Below the pieces are notes generated by a model that did no database searches, was not told where the DNA came from, and saw only the letters and a program-made list of their open reading frames with translations. The translations under genes and the position numbers were made by a program. A DNA stretch of 63,989 bases, filler included, from Phoronis australis (Eukaryota > Animalia > Phoronida), in NCBI GenBank assembly GCA_002633005.1. It is 6 parts of 6 records of this genome, joined end to end, with 100 filler letters (N's around TTAATTAATTAA, not from the genome) between each part and the next. Parts side by side here need not be neighbours in the genome. Positions count along the whole stretch, not along the records: positions 1 to 27,577 come from NMRA01000808.1; 5 more parts are not named here. One strand, given 5' to 3'. The first letter of the stretch is position 1. The number at the start of each line of letters is the position of its first letter. Shown piece by piece: positions 14,401-27,040 of this stretch.

Positions 14401-17400
14401 ATAAGAGCCTGGATGCCAGCCAACGTCTTCAGGAACTTCTGATGCAGGCCAATAACCTGACTCAACGTACTACCCCGTCACCCCCAGACTCTGCTAGGAG
14501 TAGCGGGTCATCACGAGACAGGTACTACAGTTATACTGTCAGATGTACATCTTGTGTTTCTACCATATCATGTCACAGAATCTTCTCTTTGCTACAGTGA
14601 AAAACCCAGTAAAGGTGAAATAATGTTGTTACCGGAGCAGTTAAAAATGCAAAAACCTGGAAAGTAAGGTCACGACCTTGCTCAAATGTTAGACCATACC
14701 ACTTCTTCAGTACATTTTCTGCTCATCAATCTTGAATGGGTAAAATGTCAAATACTGTCAAAGTTAATAAAACATTGACGGCTGCAACCATTTCATGAGA
14801 ATATTGAATAAATAAAAAAGAAAACAAGACGCAACATATGTTGGGAATGACATTATCGAATTAATGCTTTTGTTCATGCCAGAATGCAACAACCCCATTG
14901 TTGGCATTGTATTCAAATAGATGGTCATATTCTTAAGACCTGTTCTCACCGGTGCTTTGTTGAAAAGCTGCAACAAGGTACGTAAACAACTTAAACACAC
15001 CAAAATTACAGCGAAGATTAAGTAAAACAAATCTTGCATCTTTTGTGCTCTTTTCAGGTCTCGGTGAATTTATGTTTTTGGAAAGTGAGCAACTAAAAAT
15101 ACTGCACTGTCCACTGGATTTTCAAAAAACAATCTTGGAAAACCAACTGCGCTTTTTTATATAAGGTCATTATGGTTTTAAGACATTTTCTGAAAATTTA
15201 CCTCATTGTAGGATCTTGAACTTTTGACCCCAACAAGTTTTGTGGGTGAGGATCAAACAGTAAAGTAAAAGTTTTTGACTAAACGTCGGTTGTACTGTTG
15301 GTTTTTTTGTCCGAAAGCGAGCCTATTTCACAACAAATCCCTGTATGCTTAGTAAATACTGGTTTTCCTTGGCTTTATATTGCACATCCAGTATATTCAC
15401 TATCTGACAATCTCTTGTGTTCTCGTTGTCAACTTGTATCATCCTATTATCCCTCTATGACTAGATTTTTGGAACAAAGCTGTATGCCTATTATATCATT
15501 CAGTTTCGTATTAAGAAGTTGAGTTGCCTAAACCCTATTGCCATCTCGCTACAAAGTTTAACAAAGCATTGGAGAGCAAATGTACTGGACATGTCTGCCT
15601 CCCATTCAGTAACGCTAGGACCTCGCTAAAAAGCAAGACTTCGCGAGATTACGTGATATATTGCCGTATATTTTAAATGAGATCACTTGACTTTGGCTAG
15701 ATTTTAGTTAGGTCCTAGCGTAGACCCTAGCATAACTGAACACACGCCTGGTCTTGAAGATCCTATCGTAGACCCTAGCGTTACTGAATGCACGCGTGGT
15801 CTTGAAGAGCAAAATGTACTAGACATGTCGGTCTTGATTTACATCGATTCACTTTTAATTTGCAGAAGTATATGCCCGAGTCAGATTTTGATATTGTTTC
15901 TTCATCTTCTGTCTGATGTTTTTCTGTTTTAGCATTTTGAAATTGCTTTGTTCTAGCTCTGTTCACTCATGCTGAAACGGAAAGCAAATGGTTGTAACGT
16001 CGTAACTTCCCGATGTCACTGGCAAATAAATATATTGTGTATAGCCACAATGAATAACCACAGTGTAGGATAAGTTATCAAATTATGAACTGAAGGCTTT
16101 AAATAATCGCACTGCTAGTTGAATACTTTTCAAGTATGCTAAGTAGCAGTCTTTAGGTAACTTCTTAAAGTGTGCTTGAGATATTACTCAGAAATTATTG
16201 GTGGTCATGCTTTCCTGAGTTTTACTTGGAAAACAGAATTGCTCAAGATTTCGATTGTTTTAATTAGATACATTTCAGTGGAGAAATTACTCCGCCTAAG
16301 TAATTTTTATTCTCAAGATAAATAATATAAGCAATTGAGCAAAGTTTAGTGGTCACTGGCCCTGGGGCTAGTTTAGTGACCACTGACCCTGGGCCCAATT
16401 TTGTGGCCACTGACCCTGGGCCCAGTTTAGTGACCACTGACCCTGGGCCCTGTTTAGTGACCACTGACCCTAGGCCCAGTTTTGTGGCCACTGACCCTGC
16501 AGCTAGTTTCTATAAGGGTCTATTGGCTTTTGTCTAACTATAGCCACATATCAAATACTTAACTATGAATAGCCAAAAGCTGAATTTTGTAAGATACAGA
16601 TTTCTTTCATTTTACTTCAAGTTGTGTACTTTTATCCTGATTTTGTGAAATAAGCTAAGCCATTTGTAGACTGATTTGTAGCCAGGAACAGGCCCCAGGT
16701 CTGAGACAAGGTTATGGTTTCCTCATTAGGTCACAACCAAAGAACATAACTGACATTTTGTTACCACAAGCCTTTCTCGAATACTGATCATTGGTGGTGC
16801 CTATCGCACTATTCCTTGTTCTGGAAAAACCATAGCATCCCATCCCTCTCTTTCTCAAGTTTGCTTGATCACTGCCGTCTAACTGTCATAATAAGATAGA
16901 ATGTCTGTTTGTAATCTCTCAAATTTTAATTTATATCCCTTGGTTATGTTCCATTTTTGGCATTATTATGTGTTTGGCTACGTTATGTTGTAGCAGGTAG
17001 GAAAATAATCTTTTTGTTCTGCTTACAGTAGTACAAGGAAAGATGTCAGTGCAGCGCCATCTTCAGTTGCTAGTGACAACAGTACTGCTGGCACCATAGA
17101 ACTAACCCCTGGTGGTGAACAGCTGAATGAGAGTGTTTCGCTGGTAGATGCTGTAGCTAGTGCTGGATCTGTTGCTTCTGGCAATAGTGCCATCAACAAC
17201 GCTGACAACTATGTAAATGGTGGTAAACACATATCACAGGTGGAGAAGGAAATGGTTTCTGCTGATAATAAAAATGCCATCACCGATGCTGAAAAGTCAA
17301 TAAGTGCCCTTAAAACTGTGCTGCATACAAATAGTGGAGATAATGAAGGCAAAGAATTTGTTGGCCCAGAAAATAGAATTATCATCAAAAGTTCTGGGAA

Positions 17401-20400
17401 ACCGGTAAATAAAGGGAAAGCTACAATGCAAGCTGTCAATGGAAAGGTGGTTGGGACTGATGGGGCTGAAAAGCCATTCGTTGGTGAATCAAGACGACGG
17501 GTTAACATCACTGTTTCACTTGTAAATGATAAGTTGAAGGACTCTGTTGTCTCTAACAAGGAAACAACTGAGGTATCACAAGATGGAGACGCTAAACCTC
17601 ATGCCAACTCGGTAAACTCAGAAAATCCTCCAACAAATGAGACTATTTCCGCAGGATCTACGAAAACAAAACCGTATCGAACATTACCCCGTACATCAGA
17701 TAGAAAATCAGGTGTGTCCATTAAGGATTTGGTTCAGAAACCCACCAAACAAACTCACACAGATGGACAGCATAGCAGCAGGATACTGACAAATGTACGT
17801 GATAAACTTGAAGTGGACGCAGCACCCTCTATTGTCACTCGGGCTGTTCACAAAATTGAAGCCAAGACTCTAGAACACCATGGCACTCCAGATTGCGCTG
17901 AGGATGAGACACGAGACTTTGTGTTGGTAAAGTCAAGAAATAGTTCTGAGGTTATGTTGATGAAAGAGGAAACTAAATCCCAGGCAGGGACTGCAACGAA
18001 AGCTGATAGGAGTAGTCTGACCCTTGACCTGTCCCCAGAGGCGGTCATGGTCTCGGAACAGTGTAAGTGATCACTTCGAAATCTGAGATTAGCTCATGTT
18101 ACCAGATGCATAGGTCATTTAGTCGAGTATACATTTGTCTTATCAATGCAATGCATAGTTTTCTTTTCAATGAAGTTTAATGGGTATACTATAGGCATTT
18201 GGCATCATGGTGAAATGGCAAACTTCCAATATACTATTGTTTAGCACAGTAATTGCACAAAAGCAACTTCTGCTTGATCCAATTTCAAATTCTGTTGATG
18301 AAGATAAATTACTACTTTCTTCAACCACTCACGTTTTATGACATTGGCTTTTTGCACGAGTCACTTGAACATCCCACTGTACGTTTGTGGGCATTTGACG
18401 GCATTTTGATGGTAAAAAAAAAATTAAAAATGCATAGCCTCACTGCTTGAAATGTCCATCTATGCTGCACATATACTGTAGACACTGTTGAGCATCTGTC
18501 ATCCAAGTATTCTTATCATCGTCTATCAGCACAGCTTATTGCTACTAGTTTGGGAAATGGTAAAGATTCCTTGTAGTCAGCCATTTTATCATGACTGTCT
18601 TACCATTGTATTACATTGTATTGCTGTTTACTGAGCCTGAGCCAGCAAGTGATGTGTATGATTATTTTACAGGTTTGTATTACATTGTATTGCTGTTTAC
18701 TGAACCTGAGCCAGCAAGTGATGTGTATGATTATTTTACAGGTTTGTATTACATTGTATTGTCATTGGCTGTTTACTGAGCCTGAGCCAGCAAGTGATGT
18801 GTATGATTCTTTTACAGGTTTGTATTACCATTGTATTGTCATTGGCTGTTTACTGAGCCTGAGCCAGCAAGTGATGTGCATGATTCTTTTACAGGTGTTT
18901 CTAGCGAATGTGAGGCTGCCGTTGACTCATTGAAATGTGCTGTGGAGACTATCTCGCAGGTGTTCACAAAGGTAAGCGAGTTGTGCACGTTTTGGAATCT
19001 TAGCTTTGTGAGATGAGCGTTCACAAAAGCACACACACTTTTAAGGAGGTCTCGATCATAAAAAGTTGTGGATGGGCAGTAAGCCGAGCATGGGCGCTTA
19101 AATATGAAAAACTAAAAATTTCGTGGGTGGGCGGTAAGCCGAGCATGGGCGCTTAAATATGAAAAACTAAAAATTTCGTGGGTGGGCGGTAAGCCGAGCA
19201 TGGGCGCTTAAATATGAAAAACTAAAAATTTCGTGGGTGGGTGTTAAGCCGAGCATGGGCAGTAACCCAGACGAGTACGGTAGTTGGCATATTTTATCAA
19301 CAGTATATTCTGTACTCGACAAAAGTAATCAAACAAAACACCATTTTCCCCGTCATTATGGCTAATTCAGTTATATTACGGCGTTTTCCTGTTGCTCCCA
19401 ACTTGTTTGATCCTATGGCCCAACAAGTTGGGAGGATTACCCCTGTAGCCAATATTTTACACGACTGATTAACTCCATTCTGGCATTTAGGGTTGGAGGG
19501 CCAGCTCTCTTTTGTTTGATAATTGCTCTAATCTCCAATAAGATCATATCTAGCCTGACTGGGCTGTGCTGTTAAAAACAACATATTTGAACATAAACCA
19601 ATAACATTTCTGAATTCCTCGTCAAATGCTGATCATGTTTAGTTTTTGAATCGCCAAAATCGCCCAACTACAATCGAAGTTATGATAATCTATTCTTTCT
19701 GAACGCTCTGGGTTTGACTGTGTTCACATGTGGTCTGTAATAAGCCTGGTAGATAATTGACCTACCTGTTGTCATAACAGACAAAAGAGGGTGCTTGGCA
19801 GTTAACAAAGCAGCTAGATGTTATCACATGCTCACAACCCTCTACTTCTGGTAAAGTCACTGAACAGGAAAACGCCATCATGAAAGGAAATGACTGGAAA
19901 TAACTATTGTGGAGGAGGATGCAATTATAATCGCAGAATGGTTTATCCAGGGGACTAACTTTTCTGTTTGTTCCCTTTCATTGTGGGTCATGTCCGAAAA
20001 CCACTCTTATGATGGATTTGGCTTCTGTCCCCGGCCACCATGACAGGGAGCTCTGAGTCATTTTATCTGAATACTTTTGGCATGTAATGTATGTGCAACA
20101 GTATACAAATTCAGGGATGTTGAATGGAAACTAAGTAAAACTTGTTGTTATTCAACAAGTTGTTGTGCTGCTTCGTTAGTTTTGCAGTCAAGGTTTTTGT
20201 GGAGACAGGTTTGTGTGGAGACAAGTCTGTGTGGAGACAGGTTTGTGTGGAGACAAGTCTGTGTTGTGACAGGTCTGTGTTGTGACAGGTCTGTGTGGAG
20301 ACAGGTCTGTGTTGTGACAGGTCTGTGTGGAGACAGGTCTGTGTGGAGACAGGTCTGTGTGGAGACAGGTCTGTGTGGAGACAGGTCTGTGTGGAGACAG

Positions 20401-21022
20401 GTCTGTGTGGAGACAGGTCTGTGTGGAGACAGGTTTGTCTGCAGATATGTTGAATGGTACGCAGGCAATTTTGGTTGATTACATTTTATCATAAAAGATG
20501 TTTAGGTGAATTGATGTCAGTTTTTTCTATGAATTTATGTGGTTGGTATGATATAAATGTAAATGATGACAAGGTTTATAATAATTTACATGTATGTGAT
20601 AAATGATCATAAGAGGTTTCCACGAGTGATGCTTAATCAGCCTGATGACCATTTATCAACAGGTTGACATGAATTTATATCAGTAAAAAGGGACATGCCA
20701 TGTGAGGTGCTGCTGTTACTTTATAAGCTTGTAAGTTTTTATTGAGTGCAGATTGGTTCTTCTTCAGCTTGCACAGACACCAGGTGAGGATGGCAAGGAC
20801 ACAACATCTATGAGGGCACTGATGAAGGAATCACTCAATGATGCCATTGACTCTTTGAAGAGCTTGCGTGATAAAAATAACTTGGAACCGCGGGTCGCTA
20901 ACACACTTCCGGAAGCCCCATCTGATCACCCTTGGATGGAACCATTGTTTGAGCAGTATTCACAGCAGCTTACGGACAGAGTGTATAAACTGCTGCAAGC
21001 AAAACTGGATGGGAGCAAGTGA
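1120..21022 (+). CDS. MAPKBP1: WDR62/MAPKBP1-family WD40-repeat protein, 5'-partial, multi-exon
   Basis: Exons traced by GT-AG sites and frame: 1120-1238, 1726-1977, 2331-2438, 5073-5214, 6373-6452, 6985-7083, 7785-8052, 8852-8934, 9151-9326, 9938-10212, 11408-11536, 13186-14521, 17029-18062, 18895-18971, 20768-21022 (TGA). Translation [38 protein letters not shown]...[82 protein letters not shown] matches the last WD40 repeats of MAPKBP1/WDR62 as recalled. Later family motifs are [30 protein letters not shown] and a C-terminal helical LFEQYSQQL. Phase mismatch between 2438 and 5073 implies a missing exon, probably lost at the n at 4467. Invertebrate gene, likely co-orthologous to both vertebrate paralogs. 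Confidence 0.9.
4468..4760 (+). mobile_element. Right end of the same hAT-like family
   Basis: Aligns by eye with about 58960-59221 and ends gtcgagccctg. Left side is cut by the n at 4467. Confidence 0.7.
5300..5447. repeat. Local duplication followed by (TA)n/(CA)n microsatellite
   Basis: tattattttgaaaggtgggcaaacatcggctgagctggca(ta)n occurs twice, then (ca)n. Confidence 0.9.
5597..5825. repeat. 25-bp minisatellite, about 9 copies
   Basis: Unit acagcatcaggtgtgactgttagct. Confidence 0.95.
7235..7650. repeat. 61-bp minisatellite, about 7 copies
   Basis: Unit starting gtgtgatttgttaggaaggaagctgtctaga recurs at 7241, 7302, 7363 and onward. Confidence 0.95.
10542..10860. repeat. About 35-bp minisatellite, about 9 copies
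   Basis: Unit ataaggctttagagggtgacctgtcatggcaggtc. Confidence 0.95.
15601..15800. mobile_element. About 150-bp MITE (TIR ttcagtaacgctagg) with a duplicated right end
   Basis: Inverted termini. A reverse-complement copy lies at 56054-56200. Confidence 0.7.
16343..16510. repeat. 27-bp minisatellite, about 6 copies
   Basis: Unit cactgaccctgggcccagtttagtgac. Confidence 0.9.
18600..18900. repeat. 69-77-bp tandem repeat, 4 copies, each containing the splice acceptor ttttacag
   Basis: Acceptor AG ends at 18672, 18741, 18817 and 18894. Only the last continues into the exon. Confidence 0.9.
19070..19282. repeat. 57-bp tandem repeat (about 3.5 copies) at a DNA-transposon end terminating in tacggta
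   Basis: Unit taagccgagcatgggcgcttaaatatgaaaaactaaaaatttcgtgggtgggcgg. A related inverse end taccgta... with ttaagcgccc repeats lies at about 53837-53975. Confidence 0.65.
20197..20436. repeat. 16-bp minisatellite, about 15 copies
   Basis: Unit gtgtggagacaggtct. Confidence 0.95.
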
Positions 21023-21207
21023 CATTATCCATGTGATGTTTGTTTTTGGAATATGCTAAGGATTTCTTCCATTTGAGGTTTGGGTGTTTTTTGCATGAGT
21101 TTTCATCTCCCTATACTCAACCAATTAAAAGAACTGATGTTCATAGTTACTGATGGGTCAAAACTAATTTCAGGGAGTACACTCTTGCATCTGTCTGTGA
21201 TCATTAA

Positions 21208-22858
21208 AGGCGAATGCCACCCGATTTAATTAGCCTTTCTTGCCGTCTTAATCGGTCTATTTCCACATCGCCTCGCATGCGATCGATCTTACCTTGCCAA
21301 GAGGTGTCGCGTTAACCTGTGACGAAGGTGAGAAACGACGCTAGCGACGTCAGTGGTTCATATGCAGAGTGAATGCCGCTATGTTGCGTGTATCGTTCCC
21401 GCTTGACCGAACTAAGCAGCCGCGAGGAAAGCGAGTACATCGTTTTTTTTTTACTTCCTCGAGAGTCCGAAATGCTTAGGAAGTGGCTCATGGTAGTGAA
21501 GAATGAAATGTATGCTGTAAATAGCAAGTATGAGGCCGTGAAACATCTCTGTGTCTGTGGCCTGCAGACGACGTCGACAGTGCCTCACGAATGCCGGCTT
21601 ACCAAATAACTCCATACGTTCCGTTGTCTGAGCTTGTTCACGGCGCCTCTCTAGTATTCCTTCATCACTGTATTCCTGCGAAGTCGGGATTGATGAGCCG
21701 CTCTAGCTCGTCCTAAGTCGGAATTGCGAGTTGCCATGTTGTCGTTTATTACTGAGCGTTCTGCTTCAAAATGAATTATTCTCACCCTAACCAATACTTA
21801 TATAAAACTGAAACAAAGTCTGTCTCATTAGATGCAATTTGTAATGCCTTTGGAGTGTTCGTGAGTGCACGAAATGATTTGAGAAGCCAGCAATGAATAA
21901 ATCACCTGCGTTACCGGCTTTAGGTGCAATAAAACTAATTGACGGGACACCAAGGCCGTGTGAGCTAATGGTAATTTAGTGTTTGCTGGCAGAAATTGTT
22001 GTCAGAAACTGTTGTGAAACAACTCGATTTCCACCCCACGACCAGGTGTTAGGGGAATCTTTATTTACATTTACATTACTCAAATAATGATTGTCAATGT
22101 ACAACTTCTGCCCTGACGGTGCTGTGGCCAAAGCGAAACTGAATTCGCGGCCCCCGACGAGTAAGTAGATTTGAAGTTTCGTAGCTAATTCACCAACATA
22201 ATCACGTGCACTTTACTTTGGTTCATTAGTATAGTTTTTTCTTGATTGGAAGTTTAGTTTCCACTGAACTTTGGCTGGTTTGTTCGTGATTTCTGATCAG
22301 TTTCCGAGCCACTGGCCGTGATAACGAGTCAATCCGGCCGGCGGCGACGGGCCTGATCGGGCTCCGAGCCACTGGCCAGGATAACAAGCGTTTTGTGTTT
22401 AGAACTCAGAAAATCACAAGTCCAAACAACACAGATCTAAGTTCTCCTGTCTGTATCTCACGGAAAATACTTCGAAATTATCTCCGACACACCCCAATCT
22501 CCTGCTACGGACCTTATTGGCCTGCCGAACTTTGTATGCTACAAATACCAATAAATCCGTAAGAGCGAAATAAAATAACACGTTTTTGTAAGCACTCGGT
22601 GTATTTTTAAGAGTTTTACATCGAAGTTTGATGATTTATTGGTGCTAAACGATGACTCCAAGCGATAAGCTGACACCAGTAACCCGTGTTGTGAACTGCT
22701 GAACAGAACGCGTGTGAAACCGATGACGTAATTGGATAATTTCAACACCTCCGTCTGCCGTCAGGTGTCAGGTAACGCAACCGCACTTGTCGTTATTGCG
22801 TAGAACTACTCGATCTAAATTGATACAAATTAGGTTGTTTTTTGGGTGGCATGCTCCT
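21208..22858 (+). mobile_element. Non-autonomous Kolobok-like DNA transposon with THAP-domain remnant
   Basis: TTAA on both sides (21204-21207, 22859-22862). Imperfect TIRs aggcgaatgccaccc / gggtggcatgctcct. CpG-rich interior. ORF 21373-21609 MPLCCVYR...FFLLPRE...RKWL...LCVCGLQ resembles a degenerate THAP domain. Confidence 0.75.
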
Positions 22859-25467
22859 TTAACTGCACTCAGACTCTTGAATTACTCCGAGTCTTCCACT
22901 CAATTTGTGCTTACTCAAATTGTACTCGAGAAATGGTGACCACCAAACTTTACTCAAGTCGCTTCAAGACGTACTAAGACTTGAGAACTGTCCTTGAGTT
23001 GCTTTCTTTTGTCAAAGTGTTTAAACTCAAGGTATGCCTGAAATACAGGTCATCACCATACATGTACTTGCCTTACTTTTGGCAGTACCATCAGGACTGC
23101 TTATTACTTTTGGCAGTACCATCAGGACTGCTTTTGGTGAGACAGCGATTAGTACCAGAATGTTCCGCATAATGATGGAAGTGACATATTATAAATTGTA
23201 TAGTTTTGTGCTATTCCACACAATTTACTCCTATTACCATGTTCCAATTCACATCCGCAACTAAAAAATGTCATGGTGTTTTTAGGAGTTGTGTCAGACA
23301 TTTTCCCCTTGCAGTATGGCCTTGAACTTGATGTCTCGTCTTTGGATTTTCGTATGTTGACAGGTTACTTACGGTTACCCTATGATTTTTTTGCTCAGGC
23401 CATATCAATTATGCTGGTGGCAGGTTCATGTTGTTTGTGAGCCGTGTGTTTTTGGACAGTGTTATTTTGAAATAAGTCTTACATGGTTTTAGTAATATAA
23501 AGTAGGACACAAGTCCAAGTGTATGGTGATTATGTCAGTCTGTGATATCAGTTTTTGTGCTCACATACTAATTTGTTGTTAATGTTAGGGTTACAGTTTA
23601 AGTGACTACATTAGTGGGACCGCGTAGTGTCACACCAGGGTAATTTAGTATCATGGGAAGACGACTGAACTTGACGAGTTGTACCTTCAGTTTCATTTGT
23701 AACTTAAAGCTGCCATAAACTCATCTTGTGTTAAGTTTTAATTTAGACCACTTACAGGTATGAAAGTGGTCCGTGTGTTACTGATTCCTATTGGAATATA
23801 TTGTGGATGTTTATTGTTGGTGGAGACCAGCTGCAAAATGGTGGCTTGTCATGGTAAGCCATGTTCTGTGCAATAACGAACAGTATTTACAAGCCCACAA
23901 AGCACTTCTCATATGATTAAGGATTGAGAACAGTTTCACAGTGTGTTCAAGTGTTTCACATCAACGTGTTGTTTAGTGACACAATGACCAGTATATAGCA
24001 GCTTTAATATGAACTGTTTGTGATTGAAGTAGTTCTCCATTTTGTGCTCTGTCCATCACCCAAAATTTAAGTGACCATTTTTCTAATGTCAAATGTATTG
24101 TATTATAATCTCATGCTACGGCACTTTATACTTTGAGCAGGGGTTTTCTTGAAATTGACTTCCTGTATTCAGATTGCTGTCAATAGCATGCAGTTAAATT
24201 GTCTGAAAGTTTCTTGCATTCTTTCAATAGACATTTTGCAGAATGCAAAGCAAGGTTGATTTATCTCCCCTTCTGTTGACGTCATGGCGCTAATCTGTTA
24301 CTGTATAGCTGGAAGCCGCGTAGTTTTTAAGAAGTCATTCTGATTTTCCATGTGCAGCCCTTCAAATTCTTATGCAACAAGGTGACCATTCTGTCACACT
24401 TCCCTGCTCAATTGGGAAACTTGCAAGTGTTCAATTGAGGAGCTTCTTTATTTCATTTCAAGGAACTTAACCACCAGCGCATTTGCTAACATGTTAATGG
24501 CATCAGTCAGTAGTTTCGCGACCAGCATTGAGCTTCTGGTCGTTGTTTACTTCAACTTATGTGTTCTGCACTAACAGGGTTTATTTGGGTACACAGAGAA
24601 AGTGTTCCGATGAAGTCTTAAAACTTAGTTTATGAAGTACATCACATTCCATTTTACTTGTTTTTGTATGTTTGTCTTATGTGATGTGTTATTTATTCAT
24701 CCTTCATGTCCATCAGAAATTAACTAAGAGACTCCAAGTTAAATTTCACATTTCCACATTTCTAATGGCCGTAGCAACATGACAGTTTCCCATCATTCTT
24801 AAATGCCCATTAATTAAAATGATTTCCCAAAGGGAATTTCTTATTTCTAAGCCTTGTAGTTGTATACTGACCATTGTTTTTGGGACCGCTGTATGTGTTG
24901 AGTGACTGTGACAGGTAATAATTGAATACATTGTAAACAAGACAGTTTGACTGTAAATAGGAATTGTGAAAACTTACAGGAAATGTCCAGTGTTCCTGTA
25001 TTGTGACTTGTTGCAATGCAAACTAATTATGTCAAAATAAAATTTGTCTTCCAAAGTTAACAGACAGTATTAGTGTTCTGACTAAGTATTTATTGTAAAT
25101 GTGTCGAACAGACTCGGTACAGTTACAACCTTCCACAGTCAAACCTGCATATCCTGAATAAAAAATAATTTGAAGACATACACATGAACTTCAAACATGC
25201 CTCATTTTCAACTTTGCCACTTAGCTGTGAAATTCACGTATTCAGATCCTATTACACAAGTGTGTTATGAGACATGGCAACTACAAGTCAATAGGCATGT
25301 CTATTGGGCTTCGTCTGATCTTTCATATGGTGAATACAACAGTATGTAATTTTAAGGCCAAATCAATGCATAGTTGGTTCTGGTCTAAACCCTGACACAG
25401 TTTGAAACCTTCAACCACTACAAACAACCTCCCACATCAATTTCAGCCAAGGTTTCAAAGTTTTCTG

Positions 25468-25608
25468 AACATCTCCACAAAGGCACACAAGTAAGGCTTT
25501 AAAACATCCCCACAAAGGCACACAAGTTAGGCTTTAAAACATCCCCACAAAGGCACACAAGTTAGGCTTTAAAACATCCCCACAAAGGCACACAAGTTAG
25601 GCTTTAAA
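25468..25608. repeat. 35-bp minisatellite, about 4 copies
   Basis: Unit aaacatccccacaaaggcacacaagttaggcttta. Confidence 0.9.
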
Positions 25609-26129
25609 CTTTGCTTGTCCAGATAATGATTACGTAAGTGATGGAAAGCTTCGCACGCATGAGTGACCACCCTCCCAACTATGCTTTTTTGGCCTAAAAA
25701 TAAATGAAAGACAAAATGTACATTCAGGTAACATTTGATCTCAAAACCACAGTAAAACAATCTATTGAATGAAATAGCAGTCATCAATGACTAAACACAA
25801 TAAATGACACACAGGATTTCCCTAAAATTATTAAATGCAGGAAAGATAACACTAATAATACACTCTAAAGATACACACTAAGAACTAGAAAGACTAAGAA
25901 GAAAAGATTGCTTTATTACAACACCTAGTATAATCCATTCACAATATTAAACACATTGTATTCTCTTATTACAACACCTAGCATAACCCATTGACACTAT
26001 TAAACACATAGTGAATGTCTTGCCTTTAGACAGGTTCACCAATCCTTGATAATAATGTTTATTAAAGAAGCACTGATGATGTATGCTTGATAAACTCACT
26101 TTAAAGACAGACTGGCACTACAGCCTCCC

Positions 26130-26484
26130 TCATAACTTGCTACACATATAACACAAAAACAATGTCATCACAACCATTATCATAACTTGCTACACATATA
26201 ACACAAAAACAATAATGTCATCACAACCATTATCATAACTTGCTACACACATAACACAAAAACAATGTCATCACAACCATTATCATAACTTGCTACACAT
26301 ATAACACAAAAACAATGTCATCACAACCATTATCATAACTTGCTACACATATAACACAAAAACAATGTCATCACAACCATTATCATAACTTGCTACACAC
26401 ATAACACAAAAACAATGTCATCACAACCATTATCATAACTTGCTACACACATAACACAAAAACAATGTCATCACAACCATTATC
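26130..26484. repeat. 50-bp tandem repeat, about 7 copies, derived from the last codons and stop of the membrane-protein gene
   Basis: Unit tcataacttgctacacatataacacaaaaacaatgtcatcacaaccatta. The rightmost copy is coding. Confidence 0.92.
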
Positions 26485-27040
26485 ACAACATCATTGCGGG
26501 CAACTTTTTCACCACGACCTTGATATAAATAGAACAGCGAGACCCCCAAGTGAAGTAAGTCAGGTATCATGAAACCAATATCTCTCACCTTCTGATGCCA
26601 CATTCCGTCTCCAAAGAATATATTGACCACAAACTGGTCGACACCACTAGATATGATATGTACAAAAGCAACACACGCGATCAACAAAAGCTTTCTTGAC
26701 TTCAGTGTCTTATTGACATTGCACAACTGTATAACCATTAACGTTGACATGACTTCGGATAAGGTAAAGAATGTCTGATGATTCCATTGAAAATAGGACT
26801 CATCATTGTAGTAACCAAAATATGCCCACCAGGCGTAGTAATGTGGGTAGATAACAGAGCAGAATAAAATGAACATCGGGAGGCGAAGGGATCCGGATAA
26901 AAACAGTCTGATCACGTACCGGAAACTTTCATACAGTCCCAAGATGAAAATCACGGTACAAAACCAGATTTTGAAAGTTTCCGTTGTAGCATTGATGTAA
27001 ACATGTTTGTAGCCTGTTATGGCCACGTATTGGTAAGAAC
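26433..27040 (-). CDS. Terminal exon of an uncharacterised multi-pass membrane protein (5' exons not in this contig)
   Basis: About 200 open codons after a ttcag acceptor at 27041-27045, ending in TGA at 26433-26435. Several hydrophobic segments and protein-like motifs (YPHYYAWWAYFGYYND, QWNHQTFFTLSE, DQFVVNIFFGDGMWHQKVRDIGFMIPDLLH). No family recognised. Confidence 0.8.

Noticed and set aside
20077-20492. Repetitive Cys/His-rich ORFs on both strands (similar cases at 16264-16537, 33804-34161, 40176-40379)
   Set aside because: Translations of intronic minisatellites with no splice or homology support.
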